A DNA stretch of 64,000 nt from Oscillatoriales cyanobacterium (GTDB lineage Bacteria > Cyanobacteriota > Cyanobacteriia > Cyanobacteriales > Laspinemataceae), in contig JAABRM010000001.1 of NCBI GenBank assembly GCA_011390955.1, positions 238,694 through 302,693 on the forward strand. The letters run 5' to 3'. Positions 60,117 to 64,000 of this stretch are shown here, in pieces. The notes beneath the pieces were generated by a model that searched no databases, was not told the origin of the DNA, and saw only the letters and a program-made list of their open reading frames with translations. The stretch's first letter is position 1. Each line of letters begins with the position of its first letter. The position numbers and the translations under genes were made by a program.

Positions 60117-60385
60117 TTGGCCATTGATTACCAGATGGCGGTTATTATCTGGATTACAGAGGTTTTCTGGATTCCCGCATTCGCGGGAATGACAGGTTTT
60201 TTTGTAATAATTAGGTGGGCAGAAATAAATGGACCACAGACCCCATTAGAAGAAAAACTGTCATTCCCGCCGATGGCGGCCTTCGCGGGGGTAAACTCCG
60301 ACGGGAATCCAAGGATTTACGGTGGGGAACGAAAAGTGCAATTAATTATGTTCACCTACTTAACTCTGACAAGTGCTATATAAAT
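60117..60385. repeat. MITE-like element (ggattcccgc...gcgggaatgacag family) with a nested second palindromic insertion
   Basis: cagaggttttctggattcccgcattcgcgggaatgacagg ... tgtcattcccgccgatggcggccttcgcgggggtaaactccgacgggaatcc ... aactctgacaagtgctata. Confidence 0.7.
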
Positions 60386-60399
60386 TTTAGGAAAAAATC

Positions 60400-61842
60400 A
60401 TGGTGCAGGAAAGCATATTTAGCGATCGCCTCTGGTTTAGCGATCGCGCAAATCAGCCCGAGGACAATTCCCCAGACTATTCTCTAGGCTATTTGACGGA
60501 AAATTCTCTGGTATTTTATCACCATAGCCAAGCCCAATATATCAAATTAGAGGATATAGTTGGGGTATTTCCCGGCGATCTAGCAGAAAATATTGATCCC
60601 GCATATTTTCACTTAAAAGCTTATCCTCTGGTAGAATTATCAGGATGGTTTGGTTTAGGAAAAAAGCAGCATCGCCGGTTAAAAACCTATCACTTTGCTT
60701 GTCCAAATACTGAGGTGCGATCGCGCTGGATTAGGGCAATTCAAAACCTGATTCGCGGTTTACCCATTGATAGCCAAACTCCGGCGGTTAAGCATCGTTT
60801 ACAGATATTTCTCAATCCCATCAGCGGCAAAAAAAAAGGGCGGATAATTTTCGAGCAAATTCGGCCATTATTAGATCATAGTCATCTAGAATATACCTTA
60901 ACAGAAACCACCCGTCCCGGTCAAATCAAAGACACCTTGAGTCAAATTGACCTGTCAGAAATTGATGGGATTATCTTAGTCGGGGGAGATGGCAGTATCC
61001 ACGAAGCCATTAACGGATTAATGCATCGTTCTGATTGGCAAACAGCCATACTTAAACCTATTGGGATTATTCCTGCGGGAACCGGCAATGGTTTAGCCAA
61101 AACTTTATTAGAAATTTCTGGCGAACCGGAAGATCCCGTGAGTGCGGCTTTTCTGATTGTCAAATCCATTGCCCAGGGAAAATATCGCCCTTTGGATATT
61201 GCCAAAATCGAGCAGAATGGACAAATTTACTACAGTTTTCTCTCCTTCAGTTGGGGTATTATTAGCGATGTAGATATTGAATCGGAAAAATTAAGATTTC
61301 TGGGCAGTCTCAGAACCGATATTTATGCCCTAATGCGGATTTTGAAATTGCGTTCTTATTCGGGGATATTTTCTTATTTACCCGCTAATTTATCAGAACC
61401 AGACGCGATCGCTGCTGCTAAAACTGAATGCCAACCTTTCGATCGATGTCCTATTTGTAGTTTTGACAATGCTCAAACCCTTGAAGCAGATCGGCAAGTT
61501 TGGCCGGTGATTCAAGATAATTTTGTCCTAATTTGGGCGATGAACATCAGTTATGCCACCCACAACATCAAAGCAGCCCCATACGCCCATTTATCCGATG
61601 GGAATATGGATATTATTTTAGTTCGCAAGGGTATTTCTAAATTTAACTTACTTTTAGCCTTCTTAAAGTCTGCCCGGGGGCAGCATCTCTCCTTACCGGG
61701 AATCGAATTTTATCGCGTGCGCGGTTTTCGGTTGGAACCCTTAACTCCCCAGGGAATTTTAGCGGTAGATGGCGAAAAAGTCGAGTATTTACCTATAACA
61801 ATGGAGGTAAAAAGAGGACTGGCGCGGGTAATTTCTCCGTGA
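60400..61842 (+). CDS. Diacylglycerol-kinase-catalytic-domain lipid kinase (sphingosine/ceramide-kinase-like) with ~130-aa N-terminal domain
   Basis: LQIFLNPISGKKKGRIIF...IDGIILVGGDGSIHEAINGL is a DAGK_cat signature. C-terminal CPICSF Cys-motif. The N-terminal extension is reminiscent of the PH domain of ceramide kinases. Confidence 0.7.
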   Translation: MVQESIFSDRLWFSDRANQPEDNSPDYSLGYLTENSLVFYHHSQAQYIKLEDIVGVFPGDLAENIDPAYFHLKAYPLVELSGWFGLGKKQHRRLKTYHFACPNTEVRSRWIRAIQNLIRGLPIDSQTPAVKHRLQIFLNPISGKKKGRIIFEQIRPLLDHSHLEYTLTETTRPGQIKDTLSQIDLSEIDGIILVGGDGSIHEAINGLMHRSDWQTAILKPIGIIPAGTGNGLAKTLLEISGEPEDPVSAAFLIVKSIAQGKYRPLDIAKIEQNGQIYYSFLSFSWGIISDVDIESEKLRFLGSLRTDIYALMRILKLRSYSGIFSYLPANLSEPDAIAAAKTECQPFDRCPICSFDNAQTLEADRQVWPVIQDNFVLIWAMNISYATHNIKAAPYAHLSDGNMDIILVRKGISKFNLLLAFLKSARGQHLSLPGIEFYRVRGFRLEPLTPQGILAVDGEKVEYLPITMEVKRGLARVISP

Positions 61843-62074
61843 AAAATGCGATCGGCCCTCGGAAAGATATTCCTGTAGGGTCAGGAACTTGTTGACCGGG
61901 TAAATGGATCTAGACACTTAAGAAACCGGCAACCGACTAAGGTTCTAGGGCATTGTTCGCAGGTTATATAAAGATCGGGCGTCTGGGGTGCAAATAAATC
62001 ATAGAACCATAACAACTCTAAATCTTGCCCTAGAACCCGCTTTGGACCACTTCGGAAATAAGGAAAAAGGCAAA

Positions 62075-63628
62075 ATGAAAAGACTAAGAAAATTCCGTTG
62101 GGTGGCGCTAGGATTAGCTGTATTTCTCAGCGTCAACCTGTTGAGTTTTGGCTTCCCTCTGGGGGTTCAGTCAAAATTACCACCCGCCCCCAGCCAAACC
62201 AGCAGCCAAACCCCCGGTTCGGCTTGGACAAACAGCAACCTACCCAGTCTTGAGGAAGTTTTCCAACTAGCCCAAGACCCGGATCGAACCCAATTACAAA
62301 GATTAGCAGAGGGCGATCGCCTTTATCGCGAGGGAAATTTTGCTGAGGCGGAACGAATTTATCGCGAAGTCAAATCATCTTACACCTCAACCTTGGGCAG
62401 AAGCAATGATGTGCCTGAACCTGTGTATGATGCGGATCGACTGGGAGGGGCAGCGCGAGTTTATTGGCGTGAAGCCCAAGCCGGGTTTGAACAAAAAATG
62501 CAAAGCCGACTGTTTATCGCCCTGGAAGAATTAGTAGAAGACTATCCGCAATTTATCCCCGGTCATTTACTATTAGTGGATGCTTTGAACCAATACGATC
62601 GCCAAGAAGAAGCGATCGCTGCCCTAGAACGCGCCACTAACCTTTATCCCAATGAACCCTCATTAATTGCGGCGGAAATTAAAGTCTTAGCTGATGACAA
62701 ACAATGGCTAGAAGCCTCAATTTCTGCTCGTCAATTTGCCCTACTATTTCCCGATGATGAAAAAGCTGGTGAATTTACCAAAATCGCTGATGAATACCTG
62801 AAAAAATATCAAGGAGGAATGAAGCGGAGATTAATCGGTCAAGCCATTCTCAGTGGCGCGATTAATATTGGAGATTATCTCCTCACCGGCAATGCTGCTG
62901 GTGGCATTCCCACCCTACAGCTAACCATGCTTTTATTACAAGGAGAATCCTCTTTTGGCAAGCAATTTTCCGAAGCCTATAAACAAGAGTACAGAAGCCG
63001 AGATATGCTGGTCGAAGACCCACAAATTTTAGAATATGTGGATACATTAGGCCAAAAAGTTGCCGGATTAATGGGACGGGATGAATTTGAATATGAATTT
63101 AACGTCATTGCCGATGATTCTCTCAATGCCTTTGCCATGCCAGGAGGTAAAATATTTATTCATACCGGGGCATTAATGCAACTCAACTCTGAAGCCGAAT
63201 TAATCGGATTAATCGGCCATGAAGTCGGCCACGCCGTACTTTCCCACGGTTATCAACGGATTGCCAAAGGAACACTATTATCCAACTTAAATCGGGTTTT
63301 ACCCTTAGGGGATGTCATTGCTGAACTATTAAATCGGGCTTATTCTCGTCAGAATGAACGTCAAGCAGATATTTTAGGAACGCGGGTTTTAGCTGGGACA
63401 AAATATGCCGCAGATGGAGTCAGAAATGTGATGGTCAGACTCGATAAACTTTACGGAGATAAAGCCCCACCCCCGTGGTTATCAACTCACCCACCTTCCG
63501 CCGAACGGGTGCGATATTTAGAAGAAATGATTGTGGAAAATAGCTATAACCCCTACGCTTATGAAGGGGTCGATGAACTTGCCGCCATTCAATCGCGAAT
63601 CAAAGAAATCATCCCGGAAAAGAGTTAG
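62075..63628 (+). CDS. M48-family Zn metallopeptidase (paralog of 5807..7522)
   Basis: MKRLRKFRWVALGLAVFLSVNLL signal. GHEVGHAVLSHG HExxH motif ...RQADILG. Same domain order as the first paralog. Confidence 0.85.
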   Translation: MKRLRKFRWVALGLAVFLSVNLLSFGFPLGVQSKLPPAPSQTSSQTPGSAWTNSNLPSLEEVFQLAQDPDRTQLQRLAEGDRLYREGNFAEAERIYREVKSSYTSTLGRSNDVPEPVYDADRLGGAARVYWREAQAGFEQKMQSRLFIALEELVEDYPQFIPGHLLLVDALNQYDRQEEAIAALERATNLYPNEPSLIAAEIKVLADDKQWLEASISARQFALLFPDDEKAGEFTKIADEYLKKYQGGMKRRLIGQAILSGAINIGDYLLTGNAAGGIPTLQLTMLLLQGESSFGKQFSEAYKQEYRSRDMLVEDPQILEYVDTLGQKVAGLMGRDEFEYEFNVIADDSLNAFAMPGGKIFIHTGALMQLNSEAELIGLIGHEVGHAVLSHGYQRIAKGTLLSNLNRVLPLGDVIAELLNRAYSRQNERQADILGTRVLAGTKYAADGVRNVMVRLDKLYGDKAPPPWLSTHPPSAERVRYLEEMIVENSYNPYAYEGVDELAAIQSRIKEIIPEKS

Positions 63629-63631
63629 ATT

Positions 63632-63790
63632 TATTTGTTGTTGGTTGTTGGTTGTTTGTTATTTGTTGTTGGTTGTTGGTTGTTGGTTGTTTGTTGTTTG
63701 TTGTTTGTTGTTTGTTATTTGTTGTTTCAGCAACATAACAAGTAACAAATAACAAATAACGAATAACCAATAACGAATAACCCAAAAAAA
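63632..63790. repeat. Long (TTGTTG)n...(CAACAA/AATAAC)n palindrome downstream of the second M48 gene
   Basis: gttgttggttgttggttgtttgtt...tttcagcaacataacaagtaacaaataacaaataacgaataacc. Confidence 0.6.
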
Positions 63791-64000
63791 CTTAGCAGAA
63801 ATTTGTGAAAAACTTTCCGGATATAAGCTTTAGTCTCCAGGAAAAAGGAATGGTAGATGCACCCTGATTGACGTTTCCCGGCTTGCTAGTCAAGCTGGGA
63901 TTTTTTTTTCTTTGGTAAACAGGAATTACGCATCAACGCTATTGGTAGGGTGTGTTAGCGAAGCGTAACGCACCAATCCCCCATATATCTAGAGTCGTTG

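Overview
This window is a chromosomal segment from a cyanobacterium, probably a filamentous (Oscillatoriales-like) one. The HIP1 octamer GCGATCGC occurs throughout. WD40, TIR, NACHT and NB-ARC proteins, psbA, petJ and an 'AAA-like domain'/GUN4 protein are all present. About 55 plausible genes are supported. Housekeeping genes include psbA (D1), cytochrome c6, an ACT-domain malic enzyme, pepP, holB, sfsA, a class III adenylate cyclase, a CPA1 antiporter with a USP domain, and an OmpR/histidine-kinase pair. Two paralogous M48 Zn-peptidases are each followed by long (TTGTTG/CAACAA) palindromes. The window is unusually rich in accessory and conflict-type content. There are at least eight type II toxin-antitoxin-like modules: VapBC twice in a recent tandem duplication plus a third partial copy at the window edge, another VapBC, RHH-MazF, RelE/ParE, a PemK pair and MntA/HepT. 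Both MazF-family toxins are frameshifted at short poly-A runs, and hepT is truncated by a MITE. There is also an HNH cassette, a three-TIR/transmembrane/WD40 protein, a split NACHT + WD40/TPR pair, an HTH-NB-ARC protein and an AAA-like/GUN4/macro-domain fusion. The window contains a full-length homologue of the eukaryotic major vault protein. At least five families of short dispersed MITE-like palindromic repeats saturate the intergenic space. They create spurious N-terminal extensions on several predicted ORFs. The best candidate for an undescribed system is a ~5.3 kb HIP1-free, AT-richer island (20305..25600). It carries an 864-aa coiled-coil/β-rich protein and a downstream 637-aa DUF4157 (zincin-like HExxH) protein, transcribed divergently from the HTH-NB-ARC STAND gene and bordered by a 16-copy 52-bp tandem array. 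No rRNA, tRNA or CRISPR array was found.
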